DNA of 64,000 nucleotides from an uncultured Nitrososphaerota archaeon. Lineage in GTDB: Archaea > Thermoproteota > Nitrososphaeria > Nitrososphaerales > CADDZS01. The translations under genes and the position numbers were made by a program. The first letter of the stretch is position 1, and the number at the start of each line of letters is the position of its first letter. The notes beneath the pieces are model-generated. The model worked only from the letters and a program-made list of their open reading frames with translations. It made no database searches and was not told where the DNA came from. The stretch covers positions 448,001 to 512,000 of the forward strand of contig CAWCYI010000004.1 of NCBI GenBank assembly GCA_963799845.1, given 5' to 3'. Positions 42,199-53,930 of this stretch are shown piece after piece.

Positions 42199-42399
42199 TT
42201 ACTTGTCGCTACAACAAACAGTCATAGTGCAACAAGTGTGTTGGGCCGGACACTGATAACAGATGCATCCACATTCTTTGCAACGGCGATTCCTGGAGTT
42301 TTGTTTCGTAGATGTAACGGGCCTTCCGTCGACGATGATCAGTTCTGCATAAGCTTCTGATTCTCCGTTCTTTTGTGAACTTTCAAGCATTGCGGTCAT
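42199..42399 (-). CDS. Small Cys-rich protein
   Basis: CKECGCICYQC...CCTMTVCC. Confidence 0.4.
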   Translation of the reverse strand: MTAMLESSQKNGESEAYAELIIVDGRPVTSTKQNSRNRRCKECGCICYQCPAQHTCCTMTVCCSDK

Positions 42400-42667
42400 T
42401 TCTTATTCAGGTGAGTCCTTCGTGTATCCGATTTAGCGTCTTCTAAGGATTCCTAGCCTTTCAACTTGCCATATCCTTCTGGGGACTTTTACCAATGGCC
42501 AGGCACTAGTTCGGAACGGGAATTCCAGTTGCGCAAAAGACCGGTTTAATTTCATGCTTGAATTTGATCGCAAAAGATCGAACAAGTCGGCAAGATATTA
42601 AATATGAAAATGAGGTTCAATACGATGTCACGGGAATGCCCCAAACATATAGCCCGAGATTCACAAA

Positions 42668-43169
42668 CTATACTTCCGAGAAATTCTTTGACCGTTCCGT
42701 TGGCACAACATCAACAATTTGTTGGGTAATCACTGCGAAAAGTGGCAAATTTGTTTGATCAAAGTGTCCCGTAATTCTTCGAATTTGAGTGACTACGCTC
42801 CGGGCGCGCAACGTATGTCCATCCTTCAAATAATACTCGTTCCACGGTTCGGAATTCGTCAAAGTCTCTTCCAGCGTTGATTGCAATTTAGACCAATCAA
42901 CTGGAGTGTTTGTCATAGTAGAATTACCTGTCTCTTTCTCACTCGCAACCACACGTGTCTGATTATTCCATGTAATACAGTAGACTGGCATCCCATTTGG
43001 ATTGAGTTTGTTTGTTGTAAATATCTGCGGCATCCCGAGAAAGCAAACCGTCACTCCACTCCTTCAGCTCGTATTTGTTCCATTCAACTTTATGGATGTC
43101 ATAGTCAAGCAATCCAGTTATTGAGGCACCTTCTGGTAAACCCTGCATTTGTGGAAAAGGCATAGTCAA
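42668..43169 (-). CDS. Hypothetical protein(s) with two copies of a WNxYxLKDG-type domain (frameshift near 43060)
   Basis: EWNKYELKE...NPNGMPVY and EPWNEYYLKDG...DQTNLPLF. Confidence 0.5.
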
Positions 43170-43385
43170 ATCAAAAGAATAATTTCAGTAAAAAGTAGTT
43201 TGGTTCAGTAGAGATCCCAAAAGAAATAATAGATTCCGCAAGCCTTCAGCTGGGTTGTCCAAATCTGATGTTTTTGGATGAAATTGTGATGTATCTCATA
43301 GCTTTCTCCTAAAGATGAAGATCAAAATGACATATCAATAAAAAGTAGTCTGGGAGTTTTCCCAAATCATAAGGACATCTTCTAA

Positions 43386-44331
43386 TTGAAAATTGTAGTT
43401 ATGGGCAGCGGGGGTCTTGGTGGATACTTCGGCTTCCGTCTCGCGCGTGCTGGCAATGAGGTTCATTTCATAGCACGTGGAGAGCGCCTCGACGCGATGC
43501 GCAAAAACGGGTTGCGTTTGATCACCAGCGATGAAGATTCCACTATTCAGGTTAAGGCATCCGAGAACCCCAAAGATGCTGGAGCTGCCGAACTCGTCTT
43601 ATTCTGCGTCAAAACCTATGACACAATCAGCGCAACAAAATCGATTTTGCCCATTTTGGAACGCAGCAGCACCGTTCTTACTCTTCAAAACGGCATCGAA
43701 AATTTCGATCAGATTCTCGGATGTAGTTGGGACGGATCGAGTTGTTCCCGGGACTGCTCTTATAGGAAGTGAGGTTCAGGCTCCCGGCGTAATACATGTA
43801 ATGACTCAGATAAGAAAAGTCGTATTCGGAGAAATTACCGGACAAAAGACTGCAAGGGCTGAAAGAATTAATGATGTGTTCAGATCAGCCGGTATTGACT
43901 CGGAAATCACGAGCGAAATTTCCAAACTTCTCTGGCAAAAGATGGTATGGTTTTGTGGTTTCGCCGGAATGTGTTCTATCATTCGGTTGCCTGTGGGAAA
44001 ACTCATGTCTTACCCCGAAACCCGGGAAATGTTCAAACAGATCATGGAAGAAGTCGATGAAGTGGCAAAAGCCAAAGGGGTTGATGTCGGACGCGATTAT
44101 ATTCAGAATCGAATAGATTTCGCAGATCATTTGGAAAAGAATGGAACACCTTCGATGATGCGTGATCTCTTGGCAGGACGAAAGCTCGAACTCGACGCTC
44201 TAAACGGGACTGTGATTAGAATGGGAAAGGAACAAGGGATTGCGACGCCGATGAACTGGGCAGTTTACAGTGCACTGAAACCGTACGTGACGCCCCGCGT
44301 AGCTTCTGTTGGCGGAATAGGAGAGGACTGA
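43386..44331 (+). CDS. panE: 2-dehydropantoate 2-reductase (frameshift near 43720)
   Basis: MKIVVMGSGGLGG, VKTYD, LQNG, WQK, PSMMRDLLAGRKLELD. Confidence 0.9.
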
Positions 44332-44441
44332 ACTTACTGGTGGATTTCTAGTCAAAATCAAGTTCAATTTCCAACCTTTCAAACGATGTAAAATCATAAT
44401 AGCGCGCGCGCGCGTTTCGCCGTCAAGCCGCGCTCTTTGAT

Positions 44442-46787
44442 TTGGACGACCCTCAATCCTCCGCATCTCCCACTGGCGAGCAAGCAGCTGTTAGTCTAGT
44501 TCGCGAATTACACAAGATCGAACTTTCAAATTATCGAGTCGTCGGCGGAATTGTAAGATACGACGAGTCCGCGAGAAATATTCTCAAGGATACAAAGCAG
44601 CGGATAGTCACAAGTCTAACTTCACAGACTCGAGGCCGAGACAACTACCTCATCTGGGCACCACCGGGCAGCGGCAAAAGTTTCTTTGTTCAGGAGATAG
44701 CAAAATCTCTCGGCGATAAAATAGACTACACTGAACTGAACCTAGCGCAGCTGGATGAGCAGAAGTTCAGAAGCGAACTTTCTAAGATCGAGAAATCCAA
44801 TAAGCCCCGCTTGTGCTTCATGGACGAAGTAGACTCCAAATCGTCTGAAGCGTGGCCGTACGAAGCTCTCCTCCCATATCTTGAACCGCCTGATAGGAAC
44901 ACCATCAGGACATGCTTCATCCTTGCTGGCAGTAGTGGTAATTCCCTTTCGGAGATGAAGGAGAGGATTGCCAAACGTCCAAAGGGAGTTGATCTCTTGA
45001 GTCGAATACCGGCTCGCAATGAATCAGCTATTCCGGGATTAGCTTTGGGCGACAGGATCCTTGTCGCATCAACCCAATTCTTGCGAGCTTCAAGCGAAAA
45101 GGGACGGCAGACCGATGAAGTCGAAAAGCTGGTGCTCTACTATATCGCTCTTAATCCAAAATTGAACAGCGCACGTCAAATCCGAGACCTTGCAATTCAT
45201 TGTATCGAACGCATGCCCAGAGGCGAAGAAAGGATCAAGTTCGATTATCTTTTCGATGCCGGAGACTCTGAGAACAAGGAATTTTGGAACACTGCGGGGA
45301 CGCTGAGAAACGAATTTGTCAACACGTTTGTAAGATTAGAAGACGATCAAGCTGTTTTCAAAGGCTCAAGCCCACAGCAAGGGATTTCGAGATTTGATGA
45401 GAAACGTGTGTTCGAAACGCCCCTAGAGAAAAACCGTATCGCAGTTCTGCCGTTTGCCAACATCAGTCCAGATCCCAAAGACGAGTATTTTGCGGACGGG
45501 ATGACTGAGGAAATAATCTCAACGCTCTCAAAAATACGTGGACTGAAAGTCATCTCCCGTACTTCAGTCTTGAGGTACAAACAAACTAACAAGAGTCTCT
45601 CAGAAATCGCAAGAGAACTGAATGTTGGCGCTATACTGGAAGGGAGTGTCAGGAAGGCGGCAGATGAGTTGCGAATTACAGCGCAGTTGATCGACGTGGA
45701 TAATGACGAGCATCTGTGGTCTCAAGATTATGACAGAAAATTCGAGAATGTGTTTTCACTGCAGAAAGAGATCGCGCAAAAAGTCGCTGATTCTCTCCAG
45801 ATTACAATTCTATCCAAAGAGAGCAAGGAGTTAGGAAAGAAACCAACCCAGAATATGGAAGCATACAGTCTTTACTTGAAAGGTCGCTCTCACCGGCACC
45901 GATGGAATCTTGATTCTTTCAAAAGAACAATAGATTATTGTGAGCAGGCTATTCAAAAAGACCCAAATTACGCCCAAGCCTACGCTGAGATTGCCAATTG
46001 TTACTCCATCATTGGTGTCAGAGAACTGCTCCCATCGAATGAGGCTTTCGCAGGCCGAGAAGTTTGCTGAAAAGGCAATCCAATTGGATCCTTCCCTTCC
46101 GGAATCTTATCTCGCACGCGGTCTGGTTCTGCTTTTACACAAATGGGATTTCCGACGTGCGGAAATAGAAATCAGAGGATCTCTTGAATTTAATCCTAGC
46201 CTGGTTGATGGTCATTTATATCTCGCGCAGCTGCTGGTGTGGAGCAGAAGATTTGGCGAAGCCGTTTTGGAAAGCAAACGCGCTTTGGAACTGGATCCGA
46301 TGTCAGCATGGACATGCTCATGGGCAGGCGAGATGCTTCTGTTTTCTCACCAAATTGACGAAGCTATAGAATTGTCGAGAAATGCCATCGAACTAGATCC
46401 GAAGTCGGCTTTGGCGCGACACAATTTGGGCCTTGCTTATGTTATGAAAGGAATGATCGAGAAAGGAATTTCTGAACTCAAAAAGCTAGAAGCCACGCCT
46501 TTCTCGCCTACGCCTATGGCAAAGCTGGAAAGATCAATGAAGTGAAGAACATTCTCGCAGACCTGTTCAGGATGAGGGAAAAAGGCTACAGGTCAGAAGT
46601 AGCAATTGCTGCAGCCTACTTGGGTTTAGGTGAAAAGGACAAGTCCATAGAGTGGTTAGAGAGGGCTTACGAGCAGCACGTGGGTCATTTTCCTGATGTG
46701 AACGCTCAGCCCATTTTCGACGACCTTCGCTCTGATCCAAGGTTTCAGGCTCTGATGAAGAAGATTGGATTTCCAGACGCAGTCTGA
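44442..46787 (+). CDS. AAA+ ATPase - TolB-N-like - TPR protein, copy A (frameshifts near 46050 and 46500)
   Basis: WAPPGSGKS, CFMDEVD, DLLSRI, SARQIR; RIAVLPFANISPDPKDEYFADGMTEE; TPRs; DLRSDPRFQAL end. Confidence 0.85.
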
Positions 46788-46901
46788 TACTAAATTGATT
46801 TTTCGAAAGGAATTTGCACAGAATTAGTTGGAATGCCAGATTATATCCTGGTCGTTCAATCCCAACATTGCCATCTTGCAATATATGAAATGGCTACTTT
46901 T

Positions 46902-47936
46902 TCAGCGAAAGTGTCGTGCGTGAACCCTCCGATCCTTCGTTCTTTCGCTGAATGTCTCGAAGCCGAGTTTGGCCGCCCCAAGCAGGCAAACGTCCGGATT
47001 CAGCACGAGGTAGACCGGGATGTCCGTCAGAAGTTCGCTCTGGCGCCCTTTCCTCGTTAGTGCCTCCACAAACTTCCCGTCCTCCAGCACGGGTCTGATT
47101 CGCGCGGGGATTCCCCCAGCAATGTAGACGCCGTTAGTCGCGAAGACTTTCAACGCGAGGTTGCTCGCTTCGGCTCCCATTATCGCCACAAACGTGTCGA
47201 GGGACTTTTCGCACAACTCGCAGCGCACTCCACCGAGCGCGGCCTTGACGATGATCGGGACCGGGTCGTCAGCCCCGGTTATCATTCTTGAAAGTTCAGC
47301 GTGTCGCTCTCGCGCGTCCACGATTTTGTGGTAGAATGTGTGAATCTCTTTTAGCCCGGGTCCCGAGCACACCCGTTCGTAACTAACGTGGTCAAGCTTT
47401 TGTTGCATGTACTTCAAAAGCTCAATTTGGACCGTGTCCCTAGGTGCGAAGTCGCAGTGCCCTCCCTCGGAGGCGAACGCGCGATACTTTTTTCCATCCC
47501 AGGTTAGGAAGGCTTCCCCGAGTCCCGTTCCCGGGGCAATCACCGCAATAGTCCCGCGTTGAACCGGCTTGCCCTCGTTGAGGACTAGATAGTCCACCTT
47601 CGGATTCAGAAAAGGTATAAACGAAGCCGTGGCGACCAAATCGTTGACCAGCAGCACGGAAGAAATTCCAAGGACGCGTCTGATCTGCCTTTCGCTTATC
47701 ACCCAGGGCAAATTGGTTATCGAAGATTTTCCCCCGATGACGGGGCCTGCAACGGCGAAGCACGCCTGGTCGATCGAGTACTTGTTTTTGGACAGGAACT
47801 CGAAAAGGAGAGATTCGATGTCTTCGAACTTTGGGCTGGAGAATGTCTTTTGCGCCAGTGGTTTGCGCAAGTTTCGCTTCGATGAAAAAACGGCGATGGA
47901 AGTCTTCGTTCCGCCCACGTCTCCCGCCAAGATCAT
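46902..47936 (-). CDS. glk: Glucokinase (bacterial type)
   Basis: LAGDVGGT, AVAGP, LVND, PGTGLGEA, SEGGH, YERVCSG. Confidence 0.93.
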   Translation of the reverse strand: MILAGDVGGTKTSIAVFSSKRNLRKPLAQKTFSSPKFEDIESLLFEFLSKNKYSIDQACFAVAGPVIGGKSSITNLPWVISERQIRRVLGISSVLLVNDLVATASFIPFLNPKVDYLVLNEGKPVQRGTIAVIAPGTGLGEAFLTWDGKKYRAFASEGGHCDFAPRDTVQIELLKYMQQKLDHVSYERVCSGPGLKEIHTFYHKIVDARERHAELSRMITGADDPVPIIVKAALGGVRCELCEKSLDTFVAIMGAEASNLALKVFATNGVYIAGGIPARIRPVLEDGKFVEALTRKGRQSELLTDIPVYLVLNPDVCLLGAAKLGFETFSERTKDRRVHARHFR

Positions 47937-48045
47937 TTTCGAGTAACCATCCCTTCGACTTTTTACGTTGGGTAGTTCCCAGTTTGCGGAAATAATTTTT
48001 CGACGCCTCTTAGGACTGATTTGTTTTCAGTCCTCAATGTTGAGG

Positions 48046-48834
48046 TCATACATCTGCCTGGCCGACGACTTGCCGCATCGATTCCACGTACTTGTAATGG
48101 TCCTTTCTTTTGAGCTTCTCCGCCGCCGCTTCGTCGAGGAATGCAGTGACCCTTGGATGGAGTTGGAGCGCGCTCGCGGTTATTTCCGAAGTAATGGGCC
48201 CTTCCAAAGCCAGCCTTACCGCATCCGACTTTTCCACGCCGCTAGCGAGGAGAACGATGTGGCGTGACTCGAGGATCGTCCCGACCCCCATCGTGATCGC
48301 AAATCGCGGCACCTCGTCGAGACTCCTGAAGAACCTCGCGTTGTCGGAAATCGTTTCTTGGGCTAGCGTCTTGAGCCTCGTTCTTGATCCGAGCGATGAA
48401 CCGGGCTCGTTGAATGCGATGTGCCCGTCGCGCCCGATGCCAAGCAGCTGGATGTCTATCCCGCCGGCTTCTCTTATGGAGGCTTCGTACTCGGAGCAGG
48501 ACGCCTCGATGTCCTTTACGAGTCCCCCTGGGATGTGCACGTTTTTGGGATCGATGTTCACATGCCTGAGCAGATTTTCGTCCATGAAGTAACGGTAGCT
48601 CTGGGGATGGTCCGGCGCGAGGCCGTAGTACTCATCTAGGTTGAAAGTGCGCACTCCTGCAAAGTCGAGGCCTTCTTCCCTATGCATTCGCGCGAGCTCG
48701 CGGTATATCCCCAGCGGTGTGCTGCCGGTAGCGAGGCCGAGGACGGAGTCGGGCTTCCGTCTTAATTGGGCTGCGATGAGCTTAGCCGCAGCGTTACTCA
48801 TTTCAAAGTAGCTCGGCGCGATCCGGACTCTCAA
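48046..48834 (-). CDS. nagB: Glucosamine-6-phosphate deaminase
   Basis: LGLATGSTP, FNLDEY, GIGRDGHIAFNEPG, ASALQLH. Confidence 0.95.
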   Translation of the reverse strand: MRVRIAPSYFEMSNAAAKLIAAQLRRKPDSVLGLATGSTPLGIYRELARMHREEGLDFAGVRTFNLDEYYGLAPDHPQSYRYFMDENLLRHVNIDPKNVHIPGGLVKDIEASCSEYEASIREAGGIDIQLLGIGRDGHIAFNEPGSSLGSRTRLKTLAQETISDNARFFRSLDEVPRFAITMGVGTILESRHIVLLASGVEKSDAVRLALEGPITSEITASALQLHPRVTAFLDEAAAEKLKRKDHYKYVESMRQVVGQADV

Positions 48835-49001
48835 ATTCGATCTCTTAATCCAGTGTGTCGTGCGGATTAAACTTTATCCGACTACATTGGAAATCTACCG
48901 ATTCTCTTCTCCTCTCTATCCGTGCGTACCAATAAATAGACACGCACGCAGAGAAAAAAAATCAAAAAAAGATAGAAGGAGAGAGTAAAAACTCCTCCTA
49001 C

Positions 49002-49275
49002 CTAGAGCGCGAAGATCTTTGCTTGAATTTCATTCATGTCTGGCGCACCTTCAGCAGTGAGCTCAAATCTCCCCTTCTTACCATTCAGCCACGAAAGTCT
49101 TGGGGAGGTTGTCATGAAGGTAATTTCGCCCTCACCCTTGTTCGTAGTCGGGCCAGTCATCCTTCCAGTTCCATGACCGATTCCCAGGATTATATCTCCT
49201 TCGTTTGTTGAGTCCACGAACTTCGTCTCCCAATCATACGCACCGCTCGTCTTGAAATTGAATAGGGAGATTGTA
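49002..49275 (-). pseudogene. Probably 5'-truncated hypothetical gene
   Basis: Coding-like C-terminus (GHGTG...FMTTSPRLSWLN) that begins abruptly at a (CG)n tract. Confidence 0.4.
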
Positions 49276-49571
49276 CGCGCGCGCGCTTTTGCCAGTGACA
49301 AATATTTAACGCAAGTGATTTTCAAGGTTTCTTTTTTCCCGAAAAGTGCGGAATTCAACTTCTGCTCTCTGAAGGATCAATTGTTAGTTTTGGTGGAATG
49401 GGAACGATGACGTTGAGTCCATAAGGCGGGGTTTGGACTCTGGTAACATTATAGTGTGTTGTACAGAGATGTTTTACTTCGAGTGTTGAGTGCTAAAGTT
49501 TTGCCTGTTGGTTCTAAATTACCCAATGATTCATGGAATCAACAATAGAAAACACGGCAGCTAATTCGATA

Positions 49572-49865
49572 TTAGTACCCTTGATCTCTTGGTTCTTTTT
49601 CTCCTTGCTTTCTTCTCACTTCTTCTTCATCCATCTTGGCGCCGAGCCAAGCAGAGCTGACATAAGAGCCTGTTTGCTTGGATGGAGATAATGGTTCTAG
49701 CTTATTTTCATCATCTTTCCTTGAATGAGGGAGAAAACCCAAAACAGCTAGACAGATTACGCCGCCAATGATATAGAAGATGCCGAGCGGCGAATATAAC
49801 ACGAAGCAAGCTATGACTGCAATAACGCCTATCGCAAGCTTGAGTAAGAATTTCGTTTCGCCCAC
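49572..49865 (-). CDS. Small two-TM hypothetical protein
   Basis: Two hydrophobic helices and a charged tail. Confidence 0.45.
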   Translation of the reverse strand: MGETKFLLKLAIGVIAVIACFVLYSPLGIFYIIGGVICLAVLGFLPHSRKDDENKLEPLSPSKQTGSYVSSAWLGAKMDEEEVRRKQGEKEPRDQGY

Positions 49866-49931
49866 CCGAATGATAAGATTGTAAGTCCCTCGTTTTACGC
49901 TTTGTCCATTTGAAGATGGTTCTCTCGTCTC

Positions 49932-50669
49932 TTATGCTATGGACTCGTTGATGTATCCATAGCTGAATCCACTGATTCCTATCAATTCTCCGACAGCACC
50001 GTAAACGTAACCACAACTGGCTTCGTAGACATTGGAATACGCGGAGATGATAATGTGTTGCGTATCTTGATTTACGATCAGAGCGGCGAATTGACACAGT
50101 CCAGAAACACTCAGGACATCATAACTCCCCGAATTGGGAGAGACATTGAAACTGTACTTCACGAAGAACTTTTCATCGGAATTGTTACCAAAATGAAGCT
50201 GGCTCGGTTGAGCAGTGATTGTGATGTTTGGAGCGCAGCAATCCCAACCAGACGGCAGTGTCTGGGTCAAGATCTCCGCACTAACATTAACATTGGACAC
50301 ACCAAGCGCGTCTGGCGATGGATTTTTAGTGTATTGAACGCAGAGGCTCGCCGTTGAACTGGAACTTGAATTTATCGCAAGAACTAACAGCCGAATAGTA
50401 GAGCTATTGGGATTATTATTCACAGATGTCCAATTCAGATTGGTTCCAAGGTTAGAATTGGATGAGCAATTTTCACTCGTGGGCGAATTCGTCAGAGTTA
50501 GTGATGTAGTGCCGACAGAACCCGTGTAGGACAAAGTTACTGTTAAACTAGAAAGGGAAGTTGTGTGGTTTGCAGTTGCCAAGTACCCCACACCAAAGGC
50601 GGCGACGATAATCAGAAGGAGAAGAACCACTACCTTCGTGGTTCGCCCGATTGCGTACAATTTCGACAT
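49932..50669 (-). CDS. Membrane-anchored Ser/Thr-rich secreted protein
   Basis: N-terminal TM, S/T/N-rich, several Cys. Confidence 0.6.
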   Translation of the reverse strand: MSKLYAIGRTTKVVVLLLLIIVAAFGVGYLATANHTTSLSSLTVTLSYTGSVGTTSLTLTNSPTSENCSSNSNLGTNLNWTSVNNNPNSSTIRLLVLAINSSSSSTASLCVQYTKNPSPDALGVSNVNVSAEILTQTLPSGWDCCAPNITITAQPSQLHFGNNSDEKFFVKYSFNVSPNSGSYDVLSVSGLCQFAALIVNQDTQHIIISAYSNVYEASCGYVYGAVGELIGISGFSYGYINESIA

Positions 50670-50860
50670 TGTTACTTGATTCTCGTTTGCACTGAATATA
50701 TTACCTGATTACAATTGTCAATTTTGAGAATCGGACACATGGGTTCAAGTTCAGGAAATACTACGACAAGAGTTAACCCAACTAACAATTTGACATTGAC
50801 ATCGAGCCTGCTGAATCCTTAAGGATGGAATGAAGAATTGAATTTCAAGACCTTCCTGCC

Positions 50861-51874
50861 ATGAGTTCTATTGACCCATCTCCCTACATTTCTCTGGCAT
50901 TTCTCTTCGGCATCGCGGCACAATTTCGTGCAATGGACGGATATTCGTTCTTGCGGAGAGTGATTGCGATATTTGAAAGGAAGATTGGAATACTCTACAC
51001 TGTAGTGATTGTTACTTCGCTTTTCTCACCCTTCATCCTCAACGATGTAGTTGTCATTATCCTTACTCCCGTGATTATTAGATATGCCAAGCAATTCAAG
51101 GTCGATATTGCCCCGCTCTTGATTGCGGAAATTACATTCACAAACATTGCGAGTTCCCTGACTCCTCTTGGCAATCCACAAAACATTTTGCTGTGGAGCA
51201 CATCCAAGATAACTTTTCAACAATTTGTAATTGGGACGTGGTTGCCGCTTGCAATTTCAGGAATCTTAGCCACAATAATTCTTTTACCGTTCAGGAAACA
51301 GTTTGGTGATGCAAAGGAATTTCCGACAACCGCAGGCTCAAAAATTCCTGCAATCTATTTAGGAATCGTGATACTGTCAATTGTTCTGTCTGACCTTTTT
51401 GGACTAGCACCCTACATTTCCCTTGGAATCGGTTTCCTATTGGGATTCTTGTTTACGTCTCGCTCACTGAAACAAGTCGTCAGAGAATACGACCTAAAGA
51501 GCCTCCTTATCCTGTATGGGTTCGTTGGTTCAGTTACTCTCGTCTCGATTGTGATCGGGCCTGCCTTGAGTGGCTATGCATCACCTGTTGGTCAGGGCAC
51601 CCAACCATATTCTGCCCTGTTTATGGGAATCCTGTCGAATTTAGTTAGTAATGTTCCTGCAACACAACTAGTTCTGAGTGTTACTTCGATTTCACCACAC
51701 ATTGTACCTAAGATTGCGGTCGAGGCAGGACTCGCAGGCAACATAGACCCAATTGCATCTTTTGCAAATTTGCTAGTTCTGTTAATGGTAAGTCGAGCGG
51801 GTTTCTCGGTAAGAAAAACAATCATGTTACAATTTTTGATTGGCACTATTTCCTTTCTGCCTGCGTTTCTTTGA
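50861..51874 (+). CDS. ArsB/NhaD/SLC13-type anion permease
   Basis: FILND, NIASSLTPLGNPQN, VSNVPA, ASFAN. Confidence 0.85.
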   Translation: MSSIDPSPYISLAFLFGIAAQFRAMDGYSFLRRVIAIFERKIGILYTVVIVTSLFSPFILNDVVVIILTPVIIRYAKQFKVDIAPLLIAEITFTNIASSLTPLGNPQNILLWSTSKITFQQFVIGTWLPLAISGILATIILLPFRKQFGDAKEFPTTAGSKIPAIYLGIVILSIVLSDLFGLAPYISLGIGFLLGFLFTSRSLKQVVREYDLKSLLILYGFVGSVTLVSIVIGPALSGYASPVGQGTQPYSALFMGILSNLVSNVPATQLVLSVTSISPHIVPKIAVEAGLAGNIDPIASFANLLVLLMVSRAGFSVRKTIMLQFLIGTISFLPAFL

Positions 51875-52069
51875 GACTTTCATCGGATTTTCATTGAAGA
51901 GACAAGGACTATCGAAGAGGCATTTGATCGGCCAGAGACCCCTCGCATCTTCCAGATGCTCGGTGGTGCGCGCTGGCAAGACTAGGTGATTCGGCCTTGC
52001 AAGTTCGTCTACCGAGAGTGGTTTATTTAGAAGTTCATAAGTGAAGGCCTAGGTCTTCTCAAGTTCCTA

Positions 52070-52633
52070 ATGACGGATCCCCGAAAAATAATTCTGAGGA
52101 TGCTGTGTAAGACTTCGGATAATTTCACAGAAACAGAACTGGGACAGGTGCATTTTTGCGGGAGCTTTGCGAGTTGTATGAAAGCAGAAATCGAGTTTGC
52201 TTGTGTGCATGACATTGACATCCTTGTTGATGGGCCGAATATGGCAGCTAGATTTTGGGACTTCTTGGATAGTTTACTCGAACAAGGGTTGCGGTCTTTC
52301 AATAACAGCGAGCACCCAAAAAGCGTTAGAAATTGGAAAACTTGCAATGAGGGAAATTTTTTACACCCAACGTTGCTTACATTGAATTGTAGCCTAATTG
52401 GTCACAAAGAACAGCAACTTGACATCTTCATTGCGGATGCAGCGTTGGGTATTCCTTACTTGGAAAAATGGATGTGGGACGGAGGCAGAAAGGTGGAACC
52501 GTTTGCAACGAGTGAGCACAGAAGGAGCTTTTTGAAAAACCTTCCACTCAATCAAATTAGTTTCTCGACGGCGCTACGAAAGGTCAAAGACTTCTTAGAT
52601 TCGCAGAGAGAAGAATCATTGTGGATAAGGTAA
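52070..52633 (+). CDS. Nucleotidyltransferase-like hypothetical protein
   Basis: FCGSFA...HDIDILV...LDIF. Confidence 0.45.
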   Translation: MTDPRKIILRMLCKTSDNFTETELGQVHFCGSFASCMKAEIEFACVHDIDILVDGPNMAARFWDFLDSLLEQGLRSFNNSEHPKSVRNWKTCNEGNFLHPTLLTLNCSLIGHKEQQLDIFIADAALGIPYLEKWMWDGGRKVEPFATSEHRRSFLKNLPLNQISFSTALRKVKDFLDSQREESLWIR

Positions 52634-53572
52634 CTAAGCAATTGTTCGATGAGATGTGGAGAGCTGGGTTTATTCCAGGCGGCTGATGAGACTTTAGCTG
52701 ATCTGTATCTGGACTTGCGCGTACCCGTAAAGCCCAGTTGCATTTGTGACGCCGATTTGCATTGTGTATTTTCCTTCGACTCATTCAGCGGAAATTTTGA
52801 ACTTCGGTAGTTATCCATTCTTTCAAAGCTAAGGTCAGATTAATTTTGAAAGGCCGTTTACTGGTATCAAGTTGTATCGCTACCAGACCTGGCAAGATGG
52901 CTTTGAACGCAGAATCGTACAAGCTTGTGTCGTTATCCATTGGAATCATAAGAAGCCCAAAGTTTCTCGCAGCTCTGTTGATCCAATTTTGAGTTCTCCT
53001 ATCAACAAAAACTACCGATTTTCGACAGATGATTTGAAATGTCAAGCACGACAGTTTTGATTTCCGACCTGTCTTTCCCAGGCCGATCCAACAATTTGAT
53101 CAATTGTTTCGCCGAATCAGTTAGTAGGTTTTTTTCTTTCAAAACTATCTCTATTTGTCTCAGACGCATCTGATCCTGATCTGGCAGTTTGGACATTCAC
53201 GTCATTCCTCTATCGCAAAGTCCATCTCGTCTCATTATGTAGTAGGAGTACTTACTGTAACTACAGTTTTGTACTTCTGGTTACAGCATCCATAATATGT
53301 CTCGATATATCCAATCTCGCAATGCCCAGAATTCTCGTGAATAGAGAAACTTTCGAGAACAGCGCAGTTTTTCAAAGATTTTGCTGGTCTATTCGCGACT
53401 CGACGACACAAAGCATGTTGGAAGAATTAGCCATTGAGTTCATTAGACGAGAATCAGATAATCTGACAGGAGGTCAGTGCAAGGCCTTGGAAACTTGCTT
53501 TGTTCAAAGAACGCTTTTACCTGTGTCGAATGAAGCAGCACCTGCCCCTGTCTAGTCGTAACTATCCGTAGC

Positions 53573-53866
53573 TTATTTCAGCTCTACGATGAGGGCTCTT
53601 CCAGTCGTTCCCATGCTTTCAACAGAATGAGATTCCGCATCGTACCAAGCTATCTCTCCCTTCTTCATACTCCGACTCTGAGCCTTACCGCCTGGCGGTG
53701 TAGACTTGTATTTTAGCGGGGTAATAGCATACGCGAAATATTTTGGATGGGAGTGCATATCGATTTTCAAGCCCTTCTTCCAGTTGAGTTCGATCACCCG
53801 AACGTTATCATTCTCTAGGAGTACTTTCGAATATTTGGACGCTGCTTTGTGAACATCTTGTGACAT
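53573..53866 (-). CDS. Small cupin-like protein
   Basis: KVLLENDNVRV, MHSHP, SHSVE, IVELK. Confidence 0.75.
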   Translation of the reverse strand: MSQDVHKAASKYSKVLLENDNVRVIELNWKKGLKIDMHSHPKYFAYAITPLKYKSTPPGGKAQSRSMKKGEIAWYDAESHSVESMGTTGRALIVELK

Positions 53867-53930
53867 GTGTTTGGGAATCAGGCTGGGGCGATATAAGCCC
53901 TATCATTGTTTCAAAACGCGTAGTTATGGC

